Shown: in pieces, positions 52,191 to 62,328 of the stretch | Position numbering within the stretch: the stretch's first letter is position 1 | How the letters are laid out: each line of letters opens with the position of its first letter | Origin: Candidatus Delongbacteria bacterium | Lineage (GTDB): Bacteria; CAIWAD01 | Direction of reading: 5' to 3' | NCBI GenBank assembly: GCA_963663545.1 | Contig: OY760505.1 | Span: forward strand, 1,440,001 to 1,504,000 | DNA: 64,000 nt | Made by a program: the position numbers and the translations under genes | Notes under the pieces: generated by a model | Database searches by the model: none | The model's input: the letters and a program-made list of their open reading frames with translations, nothing else | What the model was told of the DNA's origin: nothing

Positions 52191-53422
52191 GGCTCCTCCC
52201 TATAAAGCAGAAATCTGCTACGCGTATCGCGGAATGTGATACAATCTTGCTTCATCGTCTTCAACAGGCTGGCTACGCCAGCCCCGCCCTGAAGCGCTAG
52301 ACGCGGTCGATCCGATCCCATTGCCCGATCAAACATGGTAGTCCGCTGCGATGGGCAGGTGAATAGATCCGCTCCCAACTGACTATTGTCCGCCAGAACC
52401 CGACACAACTCAAGCTGCATTTTTCCCGGATCGAAACATTCCGGATCAAGGACCAGAATACGCACGCCATGACAACGCTGATCAACCCAGCGGCCACTTG
52501 TCGGGCGGAAAGTCCATGGAATAAAGCGTACTCCATCTGCCCCCAGACCATTCAACCGGTTTGCTAAATCGCGGGCATTCAACTTTGGGTGTCCAACCAT
52601 GAAGAACGGACTGGCAGTCCCGACGGCCTCCGCGACAGTTCCCAATTCGCCAAGCGCGCCGGTGACAGCCATCCCGTATGCCGTGTCCCATGTGGGCACA
52701 TTGGGCGACGTGGGCACCCAGGGCAAACCAGTCTCCGGAAAGCTCATATTGCGCGACCAGCCCGCAACCGGAATCACGCGCAACCGGCAATCAATACCAA
52801 ACTCGCTGTTGAAAAGAAGCGCCAACTCACCCACCGTCATACCGTGCACATAGGGCACTGGATAAGGACCGATAAAGCTGGCCCATTCAGGCTCCAACAT
52901 CAACCCGCTGACCAGCTGACCACCCAACGGATTGGGACGATCCAGGACAATCACCTCGATATTGGCGGATCTTGCGGCCTTCATCACCTCGGCTAGAGTG
53001 GAAACGTAGGTATACGGACGAATGCCGATATCCTGGATATCGAAGAGAATTTGATCCAGCCCACTCAGCAATGCAGGATCGATAAGACGAGCCCCGTGAT
53101 ACAAACTCGTCACTACCAGGCCTGTGCTCTCGTGAACAGCATTCTCAATTCTCTCGCCAGCGAGTCCGGTGCCATCAATTCCGTGTTCCGGAGCAAACAA
53201 GCGAACGAGCGACACCTCCGGCTTACCATAGAGCAGGTCAATACTGCTGTTTCCTAGATGGTCGATGCCCGTCTGATTCGTAACAAGACCCACACGCTTG
53301 CCATTGACAACAGCCAAGGAATCCCTAAGCAAAACCTCAATGCCGGGTCGAACTCTCGCAAAAACGGTTTGTGAAATGAATAGAACAGCAATCAACAGTA
53401 AGGTAGAAAGCTTGTGTATCAC
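52187..53422 (-). CDS. namZ: Exo-beta-N-acetylmuramidase NamZ family (DUF1343)
   Basis: VGLVTNQTG, LFAPEHG, FDIQDIG, VLDRPNPLGG, HGMTVGELA, WVPTSPN. Confidence 0.92.
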   Translation of the reverse strand: MIHKLSTLLLIAVLFISQTVFARVRPGIEVLLRDSLAVVNGKRVGLVTNQTGIDHLGNSSIDLLYGKPEVSLVRLFAPEHGIDGTGLAGERIENAVHESTGLVVTSLYHGARLIDPALLSGLDQILFDIQDIGIRPYTYVSTLAEVMKAARSANIEVIVLDRPNPLGGQLVSGLMLEPEWASFIGPYPVPYVHGMTVGELALLFNSEFGIDCRLRVIPVAGWSRNMSFPETGLPWVPTSPNVPTWDTAYGMAVTGALGELGTVAEAVGTASPFFMVGHPKLNARDLANRLNGLGADGVRFIPWTFRPTSGRWVDQRCHGVRILVLDPECFDPGKMQLELCRVLADNSQLGADLFTCPSQRTTMFDRAMGSDRPRLALQGGAGVASLLKTMKQDCITFRDTRSRFLLYREEP

Positions 53423-54894
53423 GGTGCCTCTCGATCTTGCTCAGCCATCCAGCCCATGACCTTGTTCACAATCTGGTCTCGCAGCTGCTGCGCTTGCCGA
53501 TTTCCAGCAAAAGGACCTTGCAGCACAAGAGAAATGACGGCTACGGGCGTTTCGTCCCTGACAATATAGCCAGCAAGACTTCTAAGCCCACGCAAAGAGC
53601 CACTCTTTGCGAGAAGATCGTAGCCCGTGGTTCTCGAGATATCACAGCTGTGAAGTGTTCCTTCAACTCCGGCTCGAGGTAGAAGTACAAGCGGGAAGCC
53701 GCCGCTTTCGATGGATTCAAGAATGTCACACATCAACGCACAGTGAAGGCGGTTGTAACGCGACATTCCCGATCCGTCCACAACGACAAAATCGCTCGTG
53801 ATACAAAGGCTATCGCGTACCCACGCTTGTACAATCTCGCTGGATCTCTCCCATGAACCCACGCCATCTCGCATCGCAGATAGCTCAAGAAAGATGTTGT
53901 CTGCAGCCAAATTCCAACTGTTTGTCAGACAAGTGTCGACGATATTCGACAGCGGAGGGCTGTACAATGATAATGTGTCCATGAACTGGAATCTGTGATA
54001 CACGGGATTCAGGGTTGGCAACTCACTGCAGATTCCGGCAGAATCAAGACTCTGTTGCAACAGGTTCACAAACAAGATCTCGGGTTGTGATACATTGGCA
54101 AATGGTGTTACAAAGTCGCCCCAGAACCTTTCCTGCCTGGAGGAACACCGCCAGCTCTTCTCACCCGATACCACCAGAAAGCGCTCAATGCCTTCCCGCC
54201 AATCCCGCATCAAACGCGGTCGGTAAATTCCGGTGAGAAATCTGTGCTCGACGGTGTAGGCATTACACGCATTTAAGAGCAGCGGCGAGTCTCCATACAG
54301 CAACAAGCAGTTCCCGTCAATCGTGGAAGCCGAAGGACGTGCAGCCCAGGCCCCGTCGCCGTCGTCCCACATCCATCCAGGACCTAACCCGAGACCCAAG
54401 TACCGACCGTAACACAACTCAACACCTGCTGATAGAGTATCGATGTTTCTTGAGTCCAGCCTAGCAATCAGACTGTCCAAACCACGATGCGTAAGCGTGG
54501 GATCCCCACCAGGCATGACATGCAGCGGCGTCATTAGCGCGCATCTTCCGTCGGAAAGCGTATCACAGCTAGCCTCGGCGAAGGCGAGCATCGTCGTAAA
54601 GCAATAGTCAGACGTGAGCAGATCAAGAGCAGCAGCGCATGTAATCAGCTTCTGCGTACTGGCAGGAGCACATCGAATCAATGCGTTATGTGAAACAATG
54701 GTTCGATTTGTCGCCGGTGCAAAACGGGGTAGCCAGCGCACTTCCATACATAGCATCACGCTATCAGGAACAAGCTCCAGGCAATGCTCCGATAATGTCG
54801 GTGTGATACAATTCTCTTGCAGACCCCTGTCTCGTGACATCGCCCACAGGTGTGTCACAGCAAGCAACACAAGCAGTATCCGGAGCATCGACAT
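53419..54894 (-). CDS. dacB: D-alanyl-D-alanine carboxypeptidase/endopeptidase (PBP4, S13)
   Basis: PASTQKL (SxxK), GGDPTL, GWMWDD, SWN (SxN), DGSGMSRYN, AKSGSL. Confidence 0.85.
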   Translation of the reverse strand: MSMLRILLVLLAVTHLWAMSRDRGLQENCITPTLSEHCLELVPDSVMLCMEVRWLPRFAPATNRTIVSHNALIRCAPASTQKLITCAAALDLLTSDYCFTTMLAFAEASCDTLSDGRCALMTPLHVMPGGDPTLTHRGLDSLIARLDSRNIDTLSAGVELCYGRYLGLGLGPGWMWDDGDGAWAARPSASTIDGNCLLLYGDSPLLLNACNAYTVEHRFLTGIYRPRLMRDWREGIERFLVVSGEKSWRCSSRQERFWGDFVTPFANVSQPEILFVNLLQQSLDSAGICSELPTLNPVYHRFQFMDTLSLYSPPLSNIVDTCLTNSWNLAADNIFLELSAMRDGVGSWERSSEIVQAWVRDSLCITSDFVVVDGSGMSRYNRLHCALMCDILESIESGGFPLVLLPRAGVEGTLHSCDISRTTGYDLLAKSGSLRGLRSLAGYIVRDETPVAVISLVLQGPFAGNRQAQQLRDQIVNKVMGWMAEQDREAP

Positions 54895-56390
54895 TATTGA
54901 TTGTTCAGCATAACACGCCTGGCAATAGCCTGATGGCGGATTCTGGTTTTATTGGCAATCTTCATCTCGGCACTACGGCGAACATCCGTGTTGTCAGGAT
55001 GACGACGATAGCGATACAAGATTTCGTGGATTTTGCCAACCTCGTATCGCTCGGCTACGCGTGCCACCAAATCATAATCCTCCGCAAAATCGCCGTACCG
55101 CTCTTCATCAAATCCGCCGAGCTCCTGTATCACACTCTTCTGCCAAACTCTTACCGCACCGGCACCATCAACCCGCAGATGGTTGTTTGGGTCATACTCC
55201 AAATGCTTGATGATGCCGAATTCAGGAAGCGACTCACCTGACTCTTCCATCAACTCGTAATACGAAATCGCCAGGCCCCAATTTGGATGGGCATCCAAGT
55301 GTTGCACCGCAGAGGCTAGCGTCCGCGGTGTGTATTCGTCATCGGAATCCAATTGGGCAATCAGACGGCCCCTCGAGTTCTTCACACCAAGATTCAGCGC
55401 TCTGGCAATCACATTTCGGTCATTCTCAACAAGACGAACCCGTGGGTCCTTGGCTGACCACTCGCGTACTACATCCGCGGATGCATCTTCAGAGCAGTTG
55501 TTGACACATAGGATTTCAAAATCCTGCCATTCCCCGCGTATCACACTTGAAATAGCCTTACCTATGAAGCGTTCGCGGTTCCAGAAGGGAATGACCACAC
55601 TGACGGTAACTTCGGCGCTGTGATCCATTTTGACACTGGCGGGGGAGTGAGACAGATAAGCGCCACGCCGCCGCAAATAGTTCTTGAAAGCAGTTTCAAA
55701 TTCCATCTCTTCTGCCGGGCCATAAAAGAGGTAGGTGAATCCCCCTTGCGGACCTTCTCCCGGCGAGAAGACCTTGCTTGCTCCCAGACTTCGAGCTTGC
55801 TGATCCTCACCAGCGCGGGGGAAAATGGTACACAACTCCTGCTCAATGCAGGGAATGCTCCATTCGTCTGTGATACGCAGACGAAAGTCATACTCTTGTG
55901 CTGTGTTAAAGGCTGGATCATAACCACCAGCCTCGCTATAAGCTTTCCAGGAAATCGCCAGCAGCGGACCAAAACTGACTCGCTCCGTGAGATCTCCAGG
56001 ATAGAGGCGCGGCTTGATCAGTTTCCCACCTGCGGCATCATCGAGTTTAGCCTCTCGATACCACCCGTAGCAAGCACCAACGCCACGGACGGCCAGTGTA
56101 TCACGCATTAACCGCAGGGCTTCTGGCGCTAATACACACCCTTCCGGCAGCTCTAGCAATAACCCTCCAGGCCAGTGACGGAAGACGTAATACTTCATCT
56201 GGGCCAGGTTGCGAAACTCGTCATGTATCACCGTGACACGAGGATCAGGGATTGCCGGTAGTACGTCTCTTTTTCCGTTCGTGCAAAGAACAGCGCAGAA
56301 GTCAAGGTTCTGCTTCAACAAACTGTCAATTGTGCGGTGGGCCTCTTCGCCTCCGGTCAGCACAGGGATCAGAATTGTTAGCTGATTCAT
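54894..56390 (-). CDS. Glycosyltransferase family 2 (two GT-A-like halves)
   Basis: VSVVIPFWNRE, QLDSDD, AEDYDL, LYRYRRH. Confidence 0.85.
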   Translation of the reverse strand: MNQLTILIPVLTGGEEAHRTIDSLLKQNLDFCAVLCTNGKRDVLPAIPDPRVTVIHDEFRNLAQMKYYVFRHWPGGLLLELPEGCVLAPEALRLMRDTLAVRGVGACYGWYREAKLDDAAGGKLIKPRLYPGDLTERVSFGPLLAISWKAYSEAGGYDPAFNTAQEYDFRLRITDEWSIPCIEQELCTIFPRAGEDQQARSLGASKVFSPGEGPQGGFTYLFYGPAEEMEFETAFKNYLRRRGAYLSHSPASVKMDHSAEVTVSVVIPFWNRERFIGKAISSVIRGEWQDFEILCVNNCSEDASADVVREWSAKDPRVRLVENDRNVIARALNLGVKNSRGRLIAQLDSDDEYTPRTLASAVQHLDAHPNWGLAISYYELMEESGESLPEFGIIKHLEYDPNNHLRVDGAGAVRVWQKSVIQELGGFDEERYGDFAEDYDLVARVAERYEVGKIHEILYRYRRHPDNTDVRRSAEMKIANKTRIRHQAIARRVMLNNQ

Positions 56391-56468
56391 GAATCTCCAA
56401 GAGCTTTGTGATACACAGACTTCAAGATTGCAAATCCTCAGGAATCACCAGTGTCCACGTAAAATGAA

Positions 56469-56491
56469 ACGGGGCGCCAAAAGCGCCCCGT
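56469..56491 (-). terminator. Intrinsic terminator
   Basis: acggggcgc-caaaa-gcgccccgt followed by T-rich sequence on the minus strand. Confidence 0.7.
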
Positions 56492-56513
56492 AGCAGAATC
56501 TTTGAGAGTGGTC

Positions 56514-58667
56514 TTACTTGACCAACACCATTTTGTGCAGGCTTGTGTACTCGCCAGCATGAATGCGATAGAAGTACATACCACTGGCCAGTGCGCTGGC
56601 ATCCATCACTACCTCGTAGCGACCAGCTGCCTGGTTCTGATTGACCAGAGTAAGAACCTCAGCACCCAGCACATTGTAGACCTTCAGGCTTACATCGCTT
56701 GCCGTGGGCAGCGTGTAGGCAATGGTTGTCGTCGGGTTGAAGGGGTTCGGATAGTTCTGCTCAAGGCTGAACTCGGCAGGAACCGTTGCGTCAGCAACGC
56801 CGACACACACCGGTCCATCCACGTAGGTGTACTCGGAAACGTTGTTATGCACGTCTACAGCGGCGATTTCATATTCAAAGTGGTCGCCGGTATCACATAC
56901 TAACTCATTCCAATCAGCACTGTGGGTGAAATCGGTACTGCTACCTGCGTAGACAACCTCGCCATCACCGGCACCATTCAAACGGGCTCTGACAACGTAG
57001 TGATCAAAATCAACCGCGGTGCAGGCATCCCAAGCAACATCTGTCAGCAAGTGATCCGGATTCTCGCCGGTTCCCCACAGCTCTTCCCAGGTCGGAGAAT
57101 AGTCAAACTGTTCAGCTGAAGTGAAGCTCGTGACAGCAGCAGGTGCCAGGTTGTCAACCGACCAACCCTCGTAAACACCCGAGTAGGCAATCATGGCCAT
57201 GTAGTGAGTGGTTACGTAGAAGCTGGTGATTCCCGGGTTGTCCACGTCGACAGAGTCAACAATGGTCGGGACTTGGACGAAATAGTTGTCCATGCCGCCA
57301 GTGGCCAGAATGGAGTTCACGAAGACCGGAATCTCGCCGTCCATGCGCCAAATACCATAGGCACTAATGGGATTGATGGCCGACCCATCATTCGGTGAGG
57401 GAGCTACTTCAATATAGACGCAACCACCCTGATCGTTGGGAATATCATAGACGCCAGCGATCTCGGCGGACAGCAGAACGTTGTGCTGATCAAAGGGCAG
57501 GGCGCCGATATCCTTGGGAGTTCCATCGGGATCGTCGTCAACCGAAATGATGGACACGTCGATCAGGCAGCTGATCTCTTCGGGATCCTCAACACTCCAG
57601 AAGGAGATGTTGTAGTCATGATTCTCGCGATCAACAAATCCCGGGTCGCAAGTGTAGGCAACAGCACCGGGATCCAAACCGTCTAGCGGATAGAAAGCCG
57701 AATACTGCATCGTGGAAATTTCGTCATCCACGGATACGAAGCTACCATAGGCAAAGAGGGTGTAGTATCCACCAACGGCACAGCCTGTGGCGATGTAGGC
57801 ATTCTGGCCTTCGCCATCGGCGGTATTGTCGACAAAGGTGCAGGAATGCATCATGGCCGTGCCGCCAATGACATTGATTCCACCACCATTACCCGTGGTG
57901 TGGTTGTCGTACACCAAGCAGTAGCGCATAATGACATGATTGGCAACATTCACTGCACTCGCACCTTCTACTCCCGTGATAATCGCGTGGTTGATATAAC
58001 CATCGCCTGTCTCGGAGAGCTCGATACCCAGCCAGTCCATGCCGCCGAAGTGGACTTTGGAGTCCATCTCGCCGTTGACTTCGATATCACCATTCACAAT
58101 GATCTTGTAAGCGCCAGTAGAATAGACGTGGATACCGGGATCGATAACCAGAGTCTCGCCTTCGGGAACGATGAAGTCTTCTGTCAAAGCGACCTCGCCG
58201 TCAACAATGGCCGGGTTGTCCCATGTCCACTCATATCCATAGCTCACCGGTACGCAGCCATCTCCGGGGGGGACCTCAACTGTCGGACCGGGCATGGGGA
58301 TACCATCTACGTACCAGAAGGTCTCGGGCTCAAAAGTCCCGACCATGTGATACGCAAAACCAGGTCCCTCGAAATCAACGGTGAGCGAATCGAAATAGAA
58401 AAAGGACATAGCGTTATCCTGAGCCAACTTGAACCGGAACACCGGGGGATAGCCACCAATACCAATGTACTCGGCATCGTAGACCGCAGTGACTCCCGTT
58501 AGGTACTGACTGAGATAGGCGGTTGATGTCACCGGTGCACATGTCTCACCGTTCCAACACTCAACACCTGTCTCCATTCCATCGACAGGTACGTACCATA
58601 GGACTTCAGCGCTGGCAACGCTAAAGCCTATCAAGGCCGCACAAAGGATTCCAAGGATCTTCTTCAT
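56514..58667 (-). CDS. Secreted protein with beta-helix-like segment and C-terminal T9SS/FlgD-like sorting domain
   Basis: Signal peptide MKKILGILC; NHTTGNGGGI, DPDGTPKDIGA; LEQNYPNPFNPTTTI...SGMYFY...KMVLVK. Confidence 0.85.
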   Translation of the reverse strand: MKKILGILCAALIGFSVASAEVLWYVPVDGMETGVECWNGETCAPVTSTAYLSQYLTGVTAVYDAEYIGIGGYPPVFRFKLAQDNAMSFFYFDSLTVDFEGPGFAYHMVGTFEPETFWYVDGIPMPGPTVEVPPGDGCVPVSYGYEWTWDNPAIVDGEVALTEDFIVPEGETLVIDPGIHVYSTGAYKIIVNGDIEVNGEMDSKVHFGGMDWLGIELSETGDGYINHAIITGVEGASAVNVANHVIMRYCLVYDNHTTGNGGGINVIGGTAMMHSCTFVDNTADGEGQNAYIATGCAVGGYYTLFAYGSFVSVDDEISTMQYSAFYPLDGLDPGAVAYTCDPGFVDRENHDYNISFWSVEDPEEISCLIDVSIISVDDDPDGTPKDIGALPFDQHNVLLSAEIAGVYDIPNDQGGCVYIEVAPSPNDGSAINPISAYGIWRMDGEIPVFVNSILATGGMDNYFVQVPTIVDSVDVDNPGITSFYVTTHYMAMIAYSGVYEGWSVDNLAPAAVTSFTSAEQFDYSPTWEELWGTGENPDHLLTDVAWDACTAVDFDHYVVRARLNGAGDGEVVYAGSSTDFTHSADWNELVCDTGDHFEYEIAAVDVHNNVSEYTYVDGPVCVGVADATVPAEFSLEQNYPNPFNPTTTIAYTLPTASDVSLKVYNVLGAEVLTLVNQNQAAGRYEVVMDASALASGMYFYRIHAGEYTSLHKMVLVK

Positions 58668-58699
58668 GTTTGTCTCCAATACTCCGATGTCTTGCTGTT

Positions 58700-59272
58700 T
58701 CAACGCACAGGCAGGGGTTTCCAGTCGCTGAAGCTCACCATATCGCCGTTGACACTGTTAAACCCTGGCTGGCATTCCCATAGCTGTGAATCAGTGTAAT
58801 ACGTCGCCAATTCTGGATCATCGTTGTTGAATACACGGACAATCACATTCTCCCAGACCTGAACCCGGTTATCCGTGGGCACTGTTTTCTCCATGCGAAC
58901 CGTAGCCAAGATATCAATCAGGCCTGGCATCGAATTGAGATAGCTCTTGTGCCGTCCCGTGTTGTAGAACTCATTACGTTCTTGGACGACGTCGTCGCCA
59001 TCTGTGGCAAAAGGCAAATCCACCTCGCCATTCACGATAATGAGTTCAAGATAGCGACCCGTCAAGGGAGCACCGGTCTCCGGGTCGTTTAGGTAGATCT
59101 CCCCGAACTGGCACAGACCATCAAATCCCGGCGAAGATTTTGGTGTGCTGACAGCGACCTCTTCGGCTTGCTCACCAACTTCCGGTGCTTTCGTCTCCTG
59201 ACAAAAGCAAAAGGACGCCAACGCCAAGCTTGCCATGAGGAACGCTGCTGAGAATTTGTTTTGCGGACTCAT
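58700..59272 (-). CDS. Exported hypothetical protein
   Basis: Signal-peptide-like N-terminus from ATG 59272; co-oriented in the secreted cluster. Confidence 0.65.
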   Translation of the reverse strand: MSPQNKFSAAFLMASLALASFCFCQETKAPEVGEQAEEVAVSTPKSSPGFDGLCQFGEIYLNDPETGAPLTGRYLELIIVNGEVDLPFATDGDDVVQERNEFYNTGRHKSYLNSMPGLIDILATVRMEKTVPTDNRVQVWENVIVRVFNNDDPELATYYTDSQLWECQPGFNSVNGDMVSFSDWKPLPVR

Positions 59273-59457
59273 TGAATTGCTGCCAATCAATTGTGGAGTA
59301 CAACCGCTGAGTTTAGCATTCTGCCAAGTACCGCACAATAGCTCAAGCCTTCACCGGAGAAGTCCTGCTTGGTTTCACTTGACCATACGGGGGGAGGAGA
59401 CAAGAATATCCAGCTATTACGGGCCTCGCTACTGGTGAGCACATGTGGGTGGATACA

Positions 59458-59488
59458 ACAAAGACCGCCCGACTAGGTCGGGCGGTCT
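59458..59488 (-). terminator. Intrinsic terminator
   Basis: agaccgcccgac-tag-gtcgggcggtct perfect 12-bp stem followed by T residues on the minus strand. Confidence 0.8.
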
Positions 59489-59519
59489 CGTATTCACAAT
59501 TCAGATGCCGTCTCGATCG

Positions 59520-60212
59520 TTACTTGATCAGAGCCATCTTCTTGGTAGCAGTGAAGCCCTCGGCCTCGATGCTGTACAGATACATGCCGCTGGAAAGAGC
59601 GGAGGCATCAAAGGTAACCTGGTGCGCGCCGCGCTCCATGTTGCCATTCACCAGTGTCGCCACTTCCTGACCGGCCAGGTTGTAGACCTTCAAAGTGGTC
59701 ATACCAGCATTCTCCAAGGAGAACTCGATGGTCGTGGTCGGGTTGAAGGGGTTCGGATAGGCGTCGGCCAATGCGAACTCGACGGGCTGCTCAACGACAC
59801 CGGCGGTACCACCGCACGTTCCCAGGGGCTCGAACAGCAGGTCGGGACCCACGGGCGGTGTCTCGGGATTATTCGACCAATCATAGGGAACGGGCAGCAC
59901 ATACTCACCTACCAGGGGCTCAGTCGCATCCGGGCAATAGGCAGTCAGGGTACCGCTAATGATGCTACCCATGTTATAGGCAGCCTCATGAGACATGTCG
60001 AAGCAATAGATGTCAGCAGCGTTGACGAAGGTCAGCGTGGTGGCAACATCAAAGTCGAACATGCCGAGGACGTTCAGGTGCAGCAGCAGGTCAACGTTCT
60101 CGTTCGGAATCTCGTCCGGAATGGCCGAACCGGGGACGAACACGCGCGTATCAGCAGCCATCACCATGGTGCTCAGGCTCAGGATAGCAGCAGAAATCAG
60201 AAGCTTTTTCAT
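59520..60212 (-). CDS. Small secreted protein with C-terminal T9SS/FlgD-like sorting domain
   Basis: Signal peptide; AYPNPFNPTTTI...LSSGMYLY...KKMALIK; AGGAG RBS. Confidence 0.88.
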   Translation of the reverse strand: MKKLLISAAILSLSTMVMAADTRVFVPGSAIPDEIPNENVDLLLHLNVLGMFDFDVATTLTFVNAADIYCFDMSHEAAYNMGSIISGTLTAYCPDATEPLVGEYVLPVPYDWSNNPETPPVGPDLLFEPLGTCGGTAGVVEQPVEFALADAYPNPFNPTTTIEFSLENAGMTTLKVYNLAGQEVATLVNGNMERGAHQVTFDASALSSGMYLYSIEAEGFTATKKMALIK

Positions 60213-60245
60213 TGGATTTCTCCTTCGGAATTATGTCTTAGGGTT

Positions 60246-60920
60246 TTAGTTGATCGTACGGACTTTGGCGCGGCTGACCTTCTTGACCTGAACGGGGGCG
60301 ACGGCCACCGGGGCACCACCAATGGTGTACTCCCAAACGTGCTCAGTCGCGGCCTTGATCAGATAAGCTTCACCGGCAAGAAAATCGACAGCGTACACAC
60401 CAGCGGTCTTTGTGAAGGGGCTCCAGCCACCCGTCTCCCAAGCAAAGATCTTGTCGCCATCAGCCAATCCCAGACCCAGATCATCGGTGTCCAGATCGAT
60501 ATCCATCGGCAGTGGGTTACCCCAAGCAGCGATACCAGCCGGGATTGTACCCATGGCAACCGTGGTGCCTTCCGGAATGACATCACCAGCAATCACGAGG
60601 CTCTGGTTGCTACCGCTTGTATTATTGTACAGGCAAGCAACGCCCGGCTCAAAGGTGAGGGTACTCCAGTTCGAGTAAGGATACTGCGACCAGCCGCCGT
60701 TCTCCCACTTGTAGATCTTGTCGCCGGCGGAACCCTGGCCACTGATGTAATCCAGAGCATTCACGGACGGACCTGCACCGATCGGGCAGGGGGCGAAGGT
60801 GCTGAAACCGGCTTCCAGAGTCTGGCTGATGAAGCCAACGGTGTTAGAAGGATCGGACTCGATAGCGAAAGCCGCTACCGCAAACACGCTCGTCAAAGCA
60901 ACTGCAAGAATCTTCTTCAT
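60246..60920 (-). CDS. Secreted hypothetical protein with internal repeat
   Basis: Signal peptide, SNTVGF after the cleavage site, duplicated GDKIYKWENGGWS / GDKIFAWETGGWS; AGGAG RBS. Confidence 0.8.
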   Translation of the reverse strand: MKKILAVALTSVFAVAAFAIESDPSNTVGFISQTLEAGFSTFAPCPIGAGPSVNALDYISGQGSAGDKIYKWENGGWSQYPYSNWSTLTFEPGVACLYNNTSGSNQSLVIAGDVIPEGTTVAMGTIPAGIAAWGNPLPMDIDLDTDDLGLGLADGDKIFAWETGGWSPFTKTAGVYAVDFLAGEAYLIKAATEHVWEYTIGGAPVAVAPVQVKKVSRAKVRTIN

Positions 60921-61010
60921 TTCTCTTCTCCTTTTTCGCGCAACCGCGAGTCTATCGGAATCTGTCTAATTTCAATTCGTAGGTCAGCTCACGCTGACGT
61001 AACCGGAATT

Positions 61011-61025
61011 GCAACCAACATGCCA
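61011..61025 (-). promoter_or_regulatory. Sigma-54 (-24/-12) promoter
   Basis: Minus strand TGGCAT-GTTGG-TTGC(A) with canonical spacing, about 90 nt upstream of the ATG at 60920. Confidence 0.65.
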
Positions 61026-61205
61026 GAATTCCAAATAGAACTCGACAGGCCCGAAACCGGGGGCAAGAATAGCACTGTTCCTCATTAGAATCAACAGATT
61101 AGTAATCATTTATGCCAATTCTCCAGATCATCCCTCACTGACAAAGCTGAAAATATCGCAGCGAAAGCAGCTGAAATGTGACCTGGATCCCAAAAAAGGT
61201 GTGAC

Positions 61206-62327
61206 TCAAAACTCCTTGTGTGACTGCAGAGTCACGCGACTAGGGCTACACAGAGTCACATCGGACGAATCGCCAGCCAAAGCCGACACTAGCCAGGAAG
61301 CCAAACCCCAGGCAAGTCCCAGATTGGATTCCTGAAAAGCAGTCAGCAGCCAGCACTTCGAGTTAAGCTCACGCCGCCCGACGAGCGGAAGGCTGTCCAC
61401 GGCCAAAGAAACAGCCAGGCTCCACGCTGCCTGTTGAAGAACGCCTTGCATTCTGGGCAAGCGCTGACTAAGTGCCTCCAGCGGTTGTCCCGACCCCTCC
61501 ATCGGCCCACTTACCAGTACCTCGCCCCGGCCCCCTTGTCGACAGCTCAGACCCAGCGACAGCAAGTGCATCCCCATCGGATACATCTTATGCACGCGTT
61601 CACTCTGATTGATCTGGATCTGCACTCGTGGCAAAGCAGATTCATCGCCATGTTCCCGTGCATCCACCCAGTTTTGCGCTGCAAGCCTTTTCCCCACGCG
61701 GGAGGTAAACTCGCCGTCCGCGTGTGGGGCCCACAGGTCCTCACCAACAAGTCCGCCTCGGTCGCAAAACTCGTCAAGGAGCGCATACCACAAATAGCCA
61801 GGGTCTACAGCAGAGTCGTCCGCGATGTAAAGGGCATTGTCAAGTGAACACTGCCCCATGCGCTTCTGAAGCTGGTCTGCATCCCAAAACTGCGCCCGAC
61901 ACCCATCGCCATTCAGCCGCGAAGCACTGCGCTCAAGATCTGCGGCCTCTGCCTCCGAGCATAGTGTCAGGCTGCCTGTGCGAAACCATCCAAGGTCATG
62001 CGGCATAGTGACGACCTTGTCATTCAACGCCTGCAGCGATTCACGGCCCAATTGACAAACATTGCGCACGAACTCGCGGCCATAGGTGACTGCTGCTTTT
62101 TCGTAATTGTACCAAGGGACTTGCCGTAGTAACCCAAGCCCTTGCAAGCTTGGTTCTTCAGACAATGGCCCCGTAGGCAAAAGAGCAACATGCAGTCCGC
62201 GCTCCTGTGCCTGAACAGCAACCATCAATGCCGGCAAACCTAGCCCGAGAATCGCGACATCCACAGAAGTGGGAAGCGGTGTGGATGCGGGCAGCGGAAG
62301 CTCGTCAAGCCAGGGACATCCAGCCAT
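61206..62327 (-). CDS. Divergent DAO/DadA-family FAD-dependent oxidoreductase-like protein
   Basis: VDVAILGLGLPAL (degenerate GxGxxG), RTGSLTL, DSLPLVGR; start taken at MAGCPW. Confidence 0.6.
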   Translation of the reverse strand: MAGCPWLDELPLPASTPLPTSVDVAILGLGLPALMVAVQAQERGLHVALLPTGPLSEEPSLQGLGLLRQVPWYNYEKAAVTYGREFVRNVCQLGRESLQALNDKVVTMPHDLGWFRTGSLTLCSEAEAADLERSASRLNGDGCRAQFWDADQLQKRMGQCSLDNALYIADDSAVDPGYLWYALLDEFCDRGGLVGEDLWAPHADGEFTSRVGKRLAAQNWVDAREHGDESALPRVQIQINQSERVHKMYPMGMHLLSLGLSCRQGGRGEVLVSGPMEGSGQPLEALSQRLPRMQGVLQQAAWSLAVSLAVDSLPLVGRRELNSKCWLLTAFQESNLGLAWGLASWLVSALAGDSSDVTLCSPSRVTLQSHKEF

Positions 62328-62328
62328 C

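Noticed and set aside
59445..61088. 547-aa plus-strand ORF
   Set aside because: Antisense to two well-supported secreted-protein genes that have their own RBSs and terminator
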